In this document: piece after piece, positions 36,359 to 49,115 of the stretch | Numbering within the stretch: position 1 is the first letter of the stretch | Layout of the letters: each line of letters opens with the position of its first letter | Source: Ostrea edulis | Lineage: Eukaryota | DNA: 64,000 nucleotides | Reading direction: 5' to 3' | NCBI RefSeq assembly: GCF_947568905.1 | Contig: NC_079170.1 | Span: forward strand, 74,400,001-74,464,000 | Translations under genes and position numbers: made by a program | The notes under the pieces: generated by a model | Told to the model about the DNA's origin: nothing | Database searches by the model: none | The model's input: the letters and a program-made list of their open reading frames with translations, nothing else

Positions 36359-39300
36359 ATGGGTGCTCTCTTTCTAATGGAGGCGGTGCTTTTAGTTTGT
36401 TTTGTATCAACCGTATCCGCAGGTATGTATTTTTAAAAATTCAAGTAAGTAAATTTCATATTTCGGTAATATCGGTAAATACCAATACAGGTAGTGTTAA
36501 TACTATTGCTCCATGAAATGTCTACAGTGACATACAACTTACATTTTCATAATTTTATAATTCCTTATACCATGTAGATTTACATAAATATCTTTAGATA
36601 CCGGTATGTGATAGTAGGGCTGAAACGACAATTTACATAATAACCTAATAATAGCATTGAATATTAATTTAATTACCAAGAATCACATTCATAATTTTAA
36701 ACGCAAAATCTCTCTAAATTGCCAAACGGTGAGAAGCATGCTGACACGGTAGTTTAAACTTATAAAGTTTATTATTGCTTTCGTAAGAAGCAAGGTAAAC
36801 ACCATCCTGAACGTCATTTGACGCTATTTTATCCCTCATTGAGGTAGGAATAATCAGTGCAAGCCGATCCTGGTATATTTTACTTAACCAGTTTACGACT
36901 AACGTATCGAACCAAAAATTGAAGCAATGAATCGAACATTTATGTGAATCGTTTCAGCCCTATGTGATAGCAGAGACTGTTAAGCTAAATAAAATTGTCA
37001 TATAATGGATTTTCTTGTGCAATGTGATACATTCTCGAAGTATTAATTCAATATAAAACCTTGTGTATATGTTCGCGGTAAACGTAATGCACGGGTTCGA
37101 AATTCCAAACACAAAATATCAACCCAAGGGCTATTCCTATTAATTTTTCTATGTATTTCTTTTTGTACTTCATGTTATTATCATACCTCACAATATTGGT
37201 CACATGGAAAATATGCAAATGAGGCTTTTAGATTGTCTCTGAAAAAAAGTGAAATATACCTAATGACAAATCTTTGATTATATATTTTCATTTAGTGAAA
37301 TGGCCAGAGGGAACATATACGCTGGTCAAGCCAAAGACCGGATGTCCCACAGGGTGGCTGGAGGGATGGAGATACCAGGACAATGAAGATGATGATAACA
37401 AAAATCAATTAGAAGATCAGCACCACTTCTTTGGTAAACAGTCACACACTATGTGGATACGATCTTAAATACCTTCATCTGTAGTTAACATGTGTACTTT
37501 AAGGTATATAAGAAGGGGTTTACTCCAATACCGTGAAAAAAATCAACCGTCGTATTTCAAAAACATTACAAATGCCATGCAAGGCATGACTGCGGTAGTG
37601 ATAGTGTGTGTGCTTCTGTCCATCGTCAAGATTGTGCTATTTTGATTACTGTCACCTTTAGATGTTGATCACTTTCTTAATTTGTTTATTCATTAAAAGA
37701 AAAATCTTACGTCGCATATGGTTAATGTTTAAATTAACATTTTAATGTTTACGCATAATAGCAACTTCAAATATTTCGATTTAAACTAATTTATGCTATG
37801 CTATGTCCCTGTGGATTCAAAATAAATAACACCTCATGGTCCTTCAAATCTGCTTCATACATAGATATTTTATTAAAAATAGATATCAACAACAAACTAA
37901 CAATCAAATGTTATGATAAAAAGGATGTTTTCAGCCTCCTCATTGTCAACTCCCATGTATTTATTACAATGTTCCATTACCACATGTATATGGTATTTAA
38001 TATCTTACCTGATTAAGTACACATGAGCTTCTTCCACGCTTGGTCAGTATTTAAATCACTTAACACTGCTGAAAAACAAGTTAATGATACAGGGGTTTCA
38101 AACACCTTGTGTAAAGTTGGCATTTCGCAAATTGTACGGTCGCTTTAACGACCTAGTTTGTCACTACAGCCCCTCATTGGGTCAAATACTGACTGACGTG
38201 TTTCATACCTATTGTTAGGCCGTTCTTGGCACACTGATTCTGGTTTGGTATCACTCCGTTTATACATGAATCAAGATATGGGGCTCACGGTGGGTGGGGA
38301 CGGTCGACGGAGAATGTTAACTCCTCTTAGGCACCTGATCCCACCTGTGGTATATTCAAGGATCCACGTTTGACCAAATTTCAATGTTATGTTCCTTATA
38401 CGAGTTATAAGATTCATAACTATTCATTATTTTTCCTGTTTATCATGAACAAATACCAATCTTTATGAATGCATGTAAATCACTTGCATACAGAGGATGT
38501 GGAGGTCTACAAGGCATGGAGAGATTAGCAAGTACATTCTTTGTTTCATAAGTTTCATTCTCTCTTGCTAAAGATCTCACTCAATGTAATGTACTCACTA
38601 AAATTCTGCATGAACCTTTATGATATTATTTGATATGTATTTCATTTATACGTTTAAACATATATCTAGCCTCTCGCTTATATGAGGATATATCTGCTAA
38701 ATGAATCTGACATAGATCAATATAATAAAAAAATAATCCACTTACCCAGGTATCATTGGAACCCATCCAAGGGATATGAATTTCTCTTACTGCTCCAAGG
38801 ATCCAAATGATGTTAATGCCGAAGGTAATTGGCCAAGTGGGGACTATTGTATTCTGAAGCATGGAAGTACGTGCCCTCATGGAGGTAATTGAATATATGA
38901 TGTCTATTACTATTGACCAAATTGACATTACTTTGGAAAATTTAGATTATGTCTGTAGACAATTCTTATTAAAGGTAACTATTATTATTTCCCTATATTT
39001 TTTTTTATTCGATTGTAAATGCATATATTCCGTAATGTTGATTTGGTATGATTAAAGAGATGGAATAGTGATATGAATGTACTTTAGAAATCTGCACAAC
39101 ATTTGGTCTTTAATTCTAGGTTTTCAGAGTGGATATGTTTTTTGGGATGACGAAGACTCGAACAATAAGAACAGTGTCGGTGGAGAATTACCAAGTGGAG
39201 GTTTTGACAGGAATACAAGAATAGACTACTGCTGCAGGTACGTTTTAACACCAAGCAAGATGAAAATAGAATCTTACTCGCATTATATGCTTTATAGATG

Positions 39301-40155
39301 AATTAACATGCAAGGGTGTTTACGGTTGTAGTATTTCATTTTTTGTGTGGTCAGAATTTTGATTCCCCGTACTATATACTTCATATGCATGGACTCATCG
39401 ATAATTTGCTAAACTTACTTGTCCCATAGGGATCCGGGTGTGAATAGATCCTTAGTACCGCTTGCTTGTCGTAAAAGACGAATGAGTGGGACGGTCCTTT
39501 TCATGGAATAGTAAAGAAAACCGAGACCCCGTGTCATAGCAGGTCTGGCACGATAAAGATTCCTGACTGCTTAAAGACCTGTGAGCGCTTAACCTAACCT
39601 TAAATTCTTGCGACCTTTCATCGGTAATGGTGACATATCCAGATTCATGAGTGAACAATTCTCGAGTGGAACGTGACACAATATATATAACCAACCAACC
39701 TAAACTTAAAACATTAATATAGTGCTGATCAGTTCGGGCTTTCCTATCCTTAATTTCCTTGCATTACAACATAGTATAATTTGCAGTTCGCCAAACTATC
39801 AATGAATGTCAAAATTTATAGAGTATTATATCTTATACACCTTTAAAAGAAGCAGGCGTTCAAAACCAAACAGATAATTAAACATTTTGTTCATGAGCAA
39901 CCTACTCTGTATTTTAGAGATGACGGTCCCTACTCTACAGCTATCCAACTTCCAACATCGAAACCGTTTTATCTGTTGAGATACAACGACTTCTGCCAAC
40001 AGGTCCAAGGAATGTTGGTGAGAGAAGAAACCGTGTATACAGATGATGAAGACGACAACAATATCAATAGTGTGCACGGAAGTTATCCATTCGGACCGGT
40101 CAGCGGACAAAGGAACTACAAGCTCTTCTATTGTTACTATTGGCCATCGCAATAA
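36359..40155 (+). CDS. ApeC domain secreted protein, paralogue B, 230 aa; coding exons 36359-36422, 37296-37433, 38750-38884, 39120-39237, 39918-40155
   Basis: Same exon sizes as A (64/138/135/118, last 238), GT-AG introns, 693 nt in frame. Signal peptide MGALFLMEAVLLVCFVSTVSA; 8 Cys; DNED/DDED/DDED; ends FYCYYWPSQ*. About 75% identical to A in the mature region by hand alignment. Confidence 0.92.
37800..38445 (+). mobile_element. Naiad-type PLE RT C-terminus plus 3'UTR in gene B intron 2
   Basis: SFKSASYIDILLKIDINNKLT.KCYDKKD.FS..IVN... then the decayed family 3'UTR. Confidence 0.8.
39423..39700 (+). mobile_element. SINE body (Meta-domain-like) in gene B intron 4
   Basis: GTACCGCTTGCTTGTCGTAAAAGACGA...GGGACGGTCCTT...CCCGTGTCATAGCAGGT..GGCACGATAAAGAT...TTCTCGAG followed by an (AACC)n tail. 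Confidence 0.7.
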
Positions 40156-40854
40156 AGCACTGTCTTACGACAGTAATATTTCTAGAGCTGAATTCTATAT
40201 GGAATCAAACATGATTTTAAAAAGTATTAGTTATGTTAACAACATATCAAAGCAGAGAGCTAACAATTTCGATCCAAATCTTCCTTGAAATTTATTTGAG
40301 TTTCATTTAATGCCTTAGTTTTCTGCTTTACCAAACATGTGGAAGAGAAGGAATATGAAGTAGACTACACTATCTTTCACTTTCTTTCTCTGCCATATAT
40401 AACGTACATCGATTAAAAGATAACGTTTCAACGCGTATTAGAGGGAGAAACGTGTTTGTTAATCAAATGTACAGGAAAAATAAAGAAAACAAGAGGACCA
40501 TGGACATCAATGGTTACCTAAAGATCAAACAGTATATTGCTCATAATTCCCGTACCACTTTTCAATTACATATATGTTCTCAATTTTCCAAGAGTACTGC
40601 GCCCCATAAAACCGTAGCAAAATGTGGACTCTAAATGCTGTATACCTACTGCATGTTTGATCAAATGCAAATATTCAGACTATATACACCAACAGTCTGT
40701 AAAATTGTACATGTGCCACTGCAGAGTACGCCGCGGTAGAATATGTCTCTGAAATGAAATATTCCTTTTCCATACACCATTGTGAAAATACGACAGCACC
40801 AAGGAAATACTATCAATAGCATAATATAACGTATCGTTAACTTAATGATTCTAA

Positions 40855-41449
40855 GAACTTCTGCTTCATACTTAGATATTTTATTGAAATTAGACATTAA
40901 CGGCAAACTGACAAACTGTATGACAAACGGGATGATTTCAGCTTCTCCATCGTCAACTTCCCACATTTATGTAGCAATATTCCATTATCACCTGCATATG
41001 GTGTTTATATATCTCAACTGATTCGATATGCAGGAGTTTGTTCTGGGTATAGTCAGTTTTTAAATCGAGGTAAGCTACTGACAAACAAGTTGATGGTACA
41101 GGGATTTCAACAGTCTCGATTGAAGTCAGCATTTCGCAAATTCTATGGTCGTTATAACGATCTAGTTCGTCAATACAACCTCGCATTGGGTCAAATGCTG
41201 TCTGACGTGTTTCATACCGATTGTTAAGCCGTTCTTGGCACACTGATTTTGGCTGCGGATAACTCCGTTTACCTGATCAGGATATAGGGCTCACGGCGGG
41301 TGTGACCGGTCGACAGGGGATGCTTACTCCTCCTAGGCACCTGATCCCACCTCTGGTGTCTCCAGGGGTCCGTGTTTGCCCAACTATCTATTTTTTATTG
41401 CTTGTAGGAGTTATGAGATTGATCACTGTTTGTTATCTTCACCTTGCAT
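40855..41449 (+). mobile_element. Naiad-type PLE RT C-terminus plus complete 3'UTR (best-preserved copy)
   Basis: SASYLDILLKLDINGKLT/YDKRDDFSFSIVNFPHLCSNIPLSPAYGVYISQLIRYAGVCSGYSQFLNRGKLLTNKLMVQGFQQSRLKSAFRKFYGRYNDLVRQYNLALGQMLSDVFHTDC* (TAA 41225-41227). No GIY-YIG follows; a ~220-nt UTR ends ATCTTCACCTTGCAT. Confidence 0.85.
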
Positions 41450-41559
41450 AGTGTAGGGGTGTAGCCAAACTGATTCAGAAATCTGAAATTATCGTAAACT
41501 TCAATTAAGTACTGCTAGAGTAGTTTCCGGTTTAACATCATTGGCTACAAGGAAATATC

Positions 41560-41810
41560 CGTATCCTGCAACCGGGTGGGAACCACTTTACATCGGAACA
41601 AAAACTAGGAGACTGAAAACAATTTGTAAAGTCAACTCCAATTTAGCTCCTCGGTATCTCTCGGATATTTTTTCAAGCATTACATCCCGTTCCTCAAAGT
41701 ATGTAACAATGCTTTTTTTAAAGACAATAGTATTTCAAGATGCAGACTACAAACTAAAAAAATAAGCAAAATCCTTTCCTCCAACAGTCAGACAGGAGTG
41801 GCCCTATTTT
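41560..41810 (+). pseudogene. Decayed LINE (CR1/L2-like) C-terminal fragment
   Basis: RRLKTICKVNSNLAPRYLSDIF...KSFPPTVRQEW resembles the LAPxYL...SFxPxxxRxWN tail. Confidence 0.45.
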
Positions 41811-42084
41811 CCTTTGGCGACAATGTAATCTGAACCTTTATCAAAATTTATGAAATACATCAGTAACTTTAAAATGTTCCCTCCCATTTATTTTGCATTC
41901 GAAGAGAGGTATTTAGATAGACAATGTTTCGACAGAACTGCATTCTTAATAAAGATATATTCCACTCAATATCGTTGAGAGCCCATGTTGCACATGTGGA
42001 TCAATAGAGGATGAATGTAATTGTTTGCTTTCATGTATTGACAAAAATACCAGTAATGAATTCTTGAACAAGATGTTTAGTATG

Positions 42085-42390
42085 AAAGGTGAAAATAACG
42101 AACAGCAATCAATCTCATAACTCCTACAGGAAATACAAAATAGCTAGTTTGGCAAACACGGATCCCTGGACCCTGGAGACACCAGAGGTGGGATCAGGTG
42201 CCCAAGGGCAGTAAACATCCCCTGTCCACCGGTCACACCCGCTGTGCGCCCTATATCTTGGTGAGGTAAACGGAGTTATTCGTAGTCACAATCATGTGCC
42301 AAGAACGGTCTAACAGTCGGTATCAAACATGTCAGACAGCACTTGACCGAATGATAGGTTGTATTTGAAGAACTAGACCGTTATAACAAA
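42085..42390 (-). mobile_element. Naiad-type 3'UTR plus RT end
   Basis: Reverse complement match to 41150-41449. Confidence 0.78.
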
Positions 42391-42712
42391 CTTCAAATAG
42401 TGAACACACATGTTCTACATTCTCGGCACTAAAGGTGATTACTATTTTTCTATCTTATTCATACATACATTGAACAAGAGATTGATTTAATTAATAATCA
42501 AGCAATGTACATTAATTTGCCATGTACAATTAGAATGTTGTAATATGCCAGGTCTAATACTGGATATCTCCCAGATATGTACTCGTAATGTTTAATGTTG
42601 ATTAATAGTCATGCACATCACGACCTACTCTGTACTATTTATATAGGGAGAGGGCGATATATGTTTTTAGAACTTGTGTCCGATACCTTTGTAATCCTAT
42701 TACAATAAAATA

Positions 42713-42877
42713 GAGGGCTCACGGTGGGTGTGACCGGTCGACAGGGGATGCTTACTCCTCCTAGGCACCTGCTCCCACCTCTGGTGTGTCCAGGGGTCTG
42801 TGTTTGCCCATCAATCTATTTTGTTTTGCTTGTAGGAGTTATGAGATTAATCACTATTCGTTATCTTCACCTTTCAT
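42713..42877 (+). mobile_element. Naiad-type 3'UTR
   Basis: GGGCTCACGGTGGGTGTGACCGGTCGACAGGGGATGCTTACTCCTCCTAGGCACCTG...TTATCTTCACCTTTC. Confidence 0.82.
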
Positions 42878-42960
42878 TCAAACCACCTATAGTCTTTTTC
42901 TGATTAAGCGTACATGTATATCAAAGTTTACATCAACGCCTGGATTCAGCAATCCAGGTA

Positions 42961-43950
42961 CAGTACCCGCAACGTTATTCTTGACATGATAAACGATAGA
43001 ACACGACACATGCACGATAGGATAGGATACACGCACGATACGATAGGATACACGGTAAACCTGATAAACAAAATCGGAAGAAAAAGAACCATTATTAAAA
43101 TATATGTAATAAACAATGTAATTTACTAATTTTCCCTTTCAGATCGGAACTTCCTATTTCTCTGTTAGTGTTAATTACAAATAATTGTTTCTAGCAAGGT
43201 GAAGACAAGCAACAGTGATCAGTCTCATAACTCTTACAAGGAATACAAAATAGATAGTTGGGCAAACACGGACCCCTGGACACACCATAGGTGGGATCAG
43301 GTGCCTAGGAGGAGTAAGCATCCCCTGTTGACCGGTCACACCCGCTGTGAGCCCCATATCCTGATCAGGTAAACGGAGTTATCCGCAGTCAAATCAGTGT
43401 GCCAAGAACGGCTTAACAATCGGTATGAAACACCGATAAACTAGACAAGGAAATGTCCAGATGAAGGAGCTTTCAGTTTTACTGTCCTCAGTTTGCTCGG
43501 CAAACCACTACCTACTTTTCAGACTACTTAGAATGAAATTGTGATAAATTTTCACCCTCTCTGGACCGACAATTAGCTCTTTTTCTGCCTTAAAATCGAC
43601 AGCTTCATGTTCGCTTTCAAATATACTGTCTTTCCTCGATTCCTAAAAATAGCTTCTTTAACAAAACGAATAAAGCTTTCGGAAAGTATCTTACTTTTTC
43701 ATTAGATTTAATATACGATCCCGATAGTTTCCCAAGCTACACGATAAACGATTTCCACGATAAACGGAAAACCTGATACACGCAAAATACGATACACGAT
43801 AAACCTGATAAACGCAAAACACGATAGAAAACGGAAAACCTGATACACGATAGGATACACGCACCATACGATAGGATACACGCACGATACCATAAGATGC
43901 ACGCACGATAGAGCACGATAGGAATGTCAAGAATAACGTTGAGGGTACTG
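42961..43950. mobile_element. Tc1/mariner-like MITE, 990 bp, with nested Naiad 3'UTR (- strand, ~43196-43435)
   Basis: 27-bp TIR CAGTACCC(G/T)CAACGTTATTCTTGACAT, TA on both sides; subterminal ACGATAGGATAC-type minisatellites. Confidence 0.75.
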
Positions 43951-44688
43951 TATAGGGATCAATATATTACAAACAGTTTACGAAATGGACAACTTCAGAT
44001 ATTCACTCATTGAATGGGTATCTATGTCGCTCTATTTTCGTAAAATGAATAAAACTTAATTTGTTTTATTCAATTAGCAAAGTTTATGATCTTCGTTGAA
44101 TTCAGACATATCTTTCTTTGAAAGATTTTGTAGTAAATGACACATCTGTTAAAATTACAACAGATATGTTAGAGTATTTCTTTAATCCAAGCGCCAGGTC
44201 CGAAAAAAATGGAAGGAAATATTCATTTACATCGTAGAACTCTATGTGCATGTGTACACAAAGAAATTGAAAACGTTAAGTCTTGCCCAGGGATGTTTAT
44301 TATGATATATCATAATTTTTCTTGTATCTACGCTATTTAATATTTCATATTTGTTCGCATATAGATCTGCCTTTTAGGTATATGAATAAATAATCATGGA
44401 TTTGACATTGGTTTATTAAAACCTAACATGGTAGGGCGGAACCAAGTTATCTCCGCTATGACCTATATGAGTCTAAATCTAGATCTTGGGCTGTTTTTTC
44501 ATTACCTGCATTAGAATAATAAAAATCACTTGTACAAAATACCACTGTTTAGTCACTATGCAATAGTAAACATAATTACGAAATATCTAATAAAAATACT
44601 TAATTAAACATACCTAATTTGACTTAAAAACTACAAAACCTTATCGTTATCACGTATTTGAAAAATCGGGCGAAGGTTCTAGTATACT

Positions 44689-45822
44689 GGTCCCCAGAAG
44701 CACACGACTGTGCATGAAGAGTTATTTCCCTTGTTGTTGCTAAGCGAAATGTAAACACGTCGCCATTTGCATTATCGCCTCGGATGCTGAGCAATGAAAA
44801 TCGTGCGATAAAAATCCCCCATAGAAAAGCCCAACGGCGTTTAAGTATACTAAGCGAGGGCTTTGGGGCGGCAGCCCCGACAAGTCAAATATAATTTCGA
44901 ATTGTCTTACCTTACAACATAAAATCATCTAAGATGTTGTTTGCATTAATCAGATCAAGGGGTTGAAGAACTCGTCGTTGTTTGGCAATCAAGGGTTCCT
45001 TTGGCTTTGATGAAGTAAGGTTGGGCACGAGTATCGAGGGGTCATAAACAGATTAGATGAGTTCTAGAAATTTGAGGAATGGATTTTGGCAGTCTGTAAG
45101 ATATTTTTTTCGGATGCAGTACTGACTAAAATAAATATCGTACAGAGATTTAACTGTGCAGCTGACTGGTAATGACTTTTTAATGCACACCAAGTAGATT
45201 TTACCATATTGATGTGTGCCCCTGTATCGCGATCTACAAAATTTACAGAATGGTTTACTTTTAAATGTTCGAACCCTTCTTTATCAAGAATATCATAAGC
45301 TTTCCAGCAATCGTTAAATGAATATAAATAATCCTTTCTTAATCCTATTTTCCCGTTGTCACAGCTGCCACAGATGTTGCCGTCCAAATTTATCAAAACT
45401 GATATTCCTATTAAACAGTGAGTCAGCTCTCTTACAACAGCAGAAATAAAAAACGTTATGGGTATTTTATCGCAAATCAGCTGTTCAGTTTGTTTACATC
45501 AACACCAGTGACGTCGTATCATACGAATACCCATGACAATTACGTATATAAAGCGCAAGTAACCATTTTGCTCAACAACGGATTCCATTTATTTTGGAAC
45601 GAAACATGTTCGTCTTCTTGTATTATTTTTCATTTCGGATTTAAAAAAAAAACAGATTCAAAAAACAGTTTTTTAAACTTCATTTTTAAAAAGGAATTCG
45701 AATTTTTGCTTATTTTTGTGATTTTTTCCCGTTTTAGCGATTTCACTGATCGCTAACGCGATAGTATATATACACTAAACTGCCTTCGGCAGCACATATG
45801 TTAGCACCATATTTTGTGGACC
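44689..45822 (-). mobile_element. Merlin (IS1595/ISXO2-like) transposon, internal-deletion derivative
   Basis: Minus-strand CGSCDNG...DCWKAYDILDKEGFEHLKVNHSVNFVDRDTGAHINMVKSTWCALK / KSLP...LYDIYFSQYCIRKKYL..NPFLKFLELI. Termini GGTCC...GGACC; 8-bp TSD AGTATACT/AGTATACC. Confidence 0.8.
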
Positions 45823-46332
45823 AGTATACCAGAAGTGTTCCAAATCGGGTACTATTGATTCTAGCCTACATTGCCAGGGTGTATTCTAGATAAATTGACT
45901 AGTTTAAATAAAGGGCAACCCGACATACAGCTTATGTGACATATCTATCCAGCGTTACCGTATGTAGAGGACTTTATCTGTGCGTGACGGGACTGATTCA
46001 CCAACAGGGAGCGAATCGAATAGCGAGAGAAAAGTTAACAGCAAACTTAGTCTATGTTTCACACGAGTACTTAATGTCTTTGTGGATTTTGTTTAACTTA
46101 TTATAACACTTCTGTACTATCCATCATTTAATCAGAATAAGAATTTATCTTGATTGTGCAATTTTCACTGGTTGTGTTTAATAATAAGTATCCCAATCGG
46201 ACGTCTGCCTGTATTAAACAGTCGGATGATGGTCTACGGTTAGTAGTTTTCAGGCGTTTTTCTACACTTTCAAATTCTAATTCTCCAGTGAGACGTTAAG
46301 CAAGATACAATCTACACTTTCAAAATATTTTC

Positions 46333-46336
<4 letters not shown>

Positions 46337-46387
<51 letters not shown>
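46337..46387. repeat. (GA)n microsatellite
   Basis: Uninterrupted AG dinucleotide run. Confidence 0.98.
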
Positions 46388-46390
<3 letters not shown>

Positions 46391-46853
46391 CGGATTTATA
46401 TGCAATATCATTTCCTGCTTCTGTTGGTTGCTTATTAAGCATTTACCACTGCTTGTGTGTGTTTTTAATCATTTTTTTTTAACTGAACAGCACGTTCAGT
46501 GGACATGTCACGCTTTTCGTGATTACTACCAATCATTGATAATTGATCATTGGTTTGATACAAGTGATTATGATTACAATGGTAGGGTTACCCAGCTATG
46601 AAGCTTGGAATAGGGATGTGCCAATTGAGACAAAACTCTTTTGCTTGAGTTGTGAAACATGTACTCAGTATGTTTGTCTGATGAATTACACGTTCATTGC
46701 CTAAATCAGTTTGTGGTAGAGAGACATGGTCTATAACATCATATTTTAAATCAGATAAAAATGCATTCTGTTATTAGGCACTTAGTCGTTTGTAATACTT
46801 GAAAACCGTTTTTTTTAGTTAAGAAACATCCATGTGAATAAAAAGAACCATTT

Positions 46854-47142
46854 AAACTGAAATACAGCAAAGTCACATATGATGTGGTGATTTGAATGTC
46901 TTCTGAAGTGTTTGAAGTTTTTTACTTTGATACGTGAGTGTACCTTCTGAAATCCCCATTAGACGTTTTAGTTAGATTTTTCTCCTCTGCGACAGCAGCC
47001 ATAATGCAGAATCGAACAGATTATATGAATAAAAATATTCAAATTGAAATACAGCAAAGTGACATATGATGTGGTGATTTGAATGTCTTCTGAAGCGTTT
47101 GAAGAAATTTTTACTTTGATATGTGAGTGTACCTTCAGAAAT
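46854..47142. repeat. Local direct duplication of ~100 bp (46854-46951 and 47041-47142)
   Basis: GAAATACAGCAAAGT.ACATATGATGTGGTGATTTGAATGTCTTCTGAAG...GTGAGTGTACCTTC present twice, 187 bp apart. Confidence 0.85.
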
Positions 47143-49115
47143 TTTCATTAAGAATTGATAGTTAAATTAAAGTTGCTGATTGATGAAATATTGAAAAATC
47201 ACTTGTTTCCACAATTTGTACAATATGTAATGGTCATTTTAGAAATATCATAATTCAAAGATTGATTTACTACTAGTTGTCAGCCAAGCTCAACATGATG
47301 TCGGATCACCTTTAGTATGGGATGACAATATTAAGTATGTTGTATCTAAGCAAATCTGCGTCAGAAATCCATCCAATAAAAAGTAATTGAGAGACAAGTC
47401 CCTTTGATTTTCCGACTTAGGTTTAATGTTGCCTATTCTTATCCACAATATGAATAGAAGATAGATTTATCACGACTTGTTTTAAACGTTTGCAAGAAAA
47501 ACAATAATGTGCAAAAAATATTTTTTTTTGTCCAATTGTAGGGACACAGACAAAATGATTTATAGAATTTAGAAGTTCAGGAAACGATCATTCTAACGGG
47601 ATTTATGGTACACGTTTCTTATTTCCGTCATTACTTGTGTCGATTTGTCATATAACTGTTCGTTATATTCACTTTTCATCGCATTCCCGTATTTGGGATC
47701 ATCTGGAGGATGTAGATAACAGTGAATTTTCATTTTTGAAATTAAGCTATTTTTGTTACGAAGGGATGAGATGTAAATGATCAATAATGATCTCCTCAAA
47801 ACTTTCCTTTGGTAGTATACATTAGACACTGTCTGCATTGAACTTTCACTTTTATATTGGACTATTTATATTGCGTAGTAAACTGTGTGGAGAATAGGGT
47901 GACCCGGGGTCATACTGAAATGGGGGGGGGGACCTGGTCATACTTATGAGATCGATGTGAATTGTATTGGGATGATAGAATAGCATACTTAATTTTGCGG
48001 AAGAAATGCCATTTTGACTCGAAATGCATGCATGCGTATTAATGTGCATCGGATTTACATCGAACTAGTGAATCAGACTTACTTTTTATTCTCCAATGAA
48101 ATTGTTGTTTGATATTTATATCGTTAGTATAAGTCAGACCCTTACTGGTTGGCATGGTCAAAATCACAAATTTGCACTTGCATAACTTCTTGCGGATAAA
48201 GGGTCTGAACATATTCAAAGCATAGTTTGACATAAAAATGTCTACAAACCGATGTAAAATATACAATCACATGTCATTGTCTTTTGAAATTTCAATTATC
48301 TAAATAACCATAACTTTTTTTGTGTTTTTCGTTGCATTTTCAAGGTTATAAATGTATTTTGATATTCACAATCAAACATATAGGCACACATACTTCCCAG
48401 AGGTTACCAATGTATTCTGATAGTCCTAATCAAACGTATAGAGACAAATACTTTCCAGCACATACATGCAAGTGTGCCAAATTATGATTGGACGATTTTC
48501 AAATTGACATAGCTTTCCTATAAATAATGAAAACAAACTGAAATACTTTAAATATATCTACCGAACATATATTGAATGTCATCAACATTGTAGTTTCTGT
48601 GTAAACGAGGAGGTTATTCATATTCGGTCTTGATAGGAAAGACCGAGTATAATTAACCCCGTCGTTTCCAAAGAAATTATCAACATTGATGCCAAGTCGT
48701 GCATGTCTGCTCGTGCATTGATTTCGTTCATTTGTGAAGCACAAAAATGGTCCTAGCTTTCGAATAAAATACTCGAATGAATTGGAATTTTCTTTGTACG
48801 TGTATAATTAGAATATCTATTGACAGTATCAACAACAAATCTTACTCCAATTCCCGTGCGGTTGAATGCTCGTCCATTGTGAATTTTGACGGGTAAATGC
48901 AAATACCGGTCTATCAAATGGTTAGATTTGAATTGTTTTGAAAATTACATTGAGCACTCTATTTTGGATTCCCTATTCATTGGTATTGTAAAATGTACAT
49001 TCTAAAACACACACGCAGATGCACTCAAATTGATTGGCTAATATTCATTTACATATATCCCCTTCATGAATGAGAGAGATGTGGAATGATATTGAATTCA
49101 TATTGAGATACATAT

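Noticed and set aside
41275-41350. HDV-like ribozyme based on the GATCAGG/CCTGATC 7-bp helix
   Set aside because: The P1.1 GG and the J4/2 catalytic C context are missing on both strands.
40855-41449. Selenoprotein-type Naiad (in-frame UGA plus SECIS)
   Set aside because: No in-frame TGA in the readable RT C-terminus, and no convincing AUGA/AA/GA SECIS fold in the UTR.
9429-44732. Recurrent motif GAGTTATTTCCCTT (9429, 9885 reversed, 19406, 44719) as a regulatory site
   Set aside because: Every copy lies within or beside transposon-like ends, so it is more likely a repeat-borne motif.
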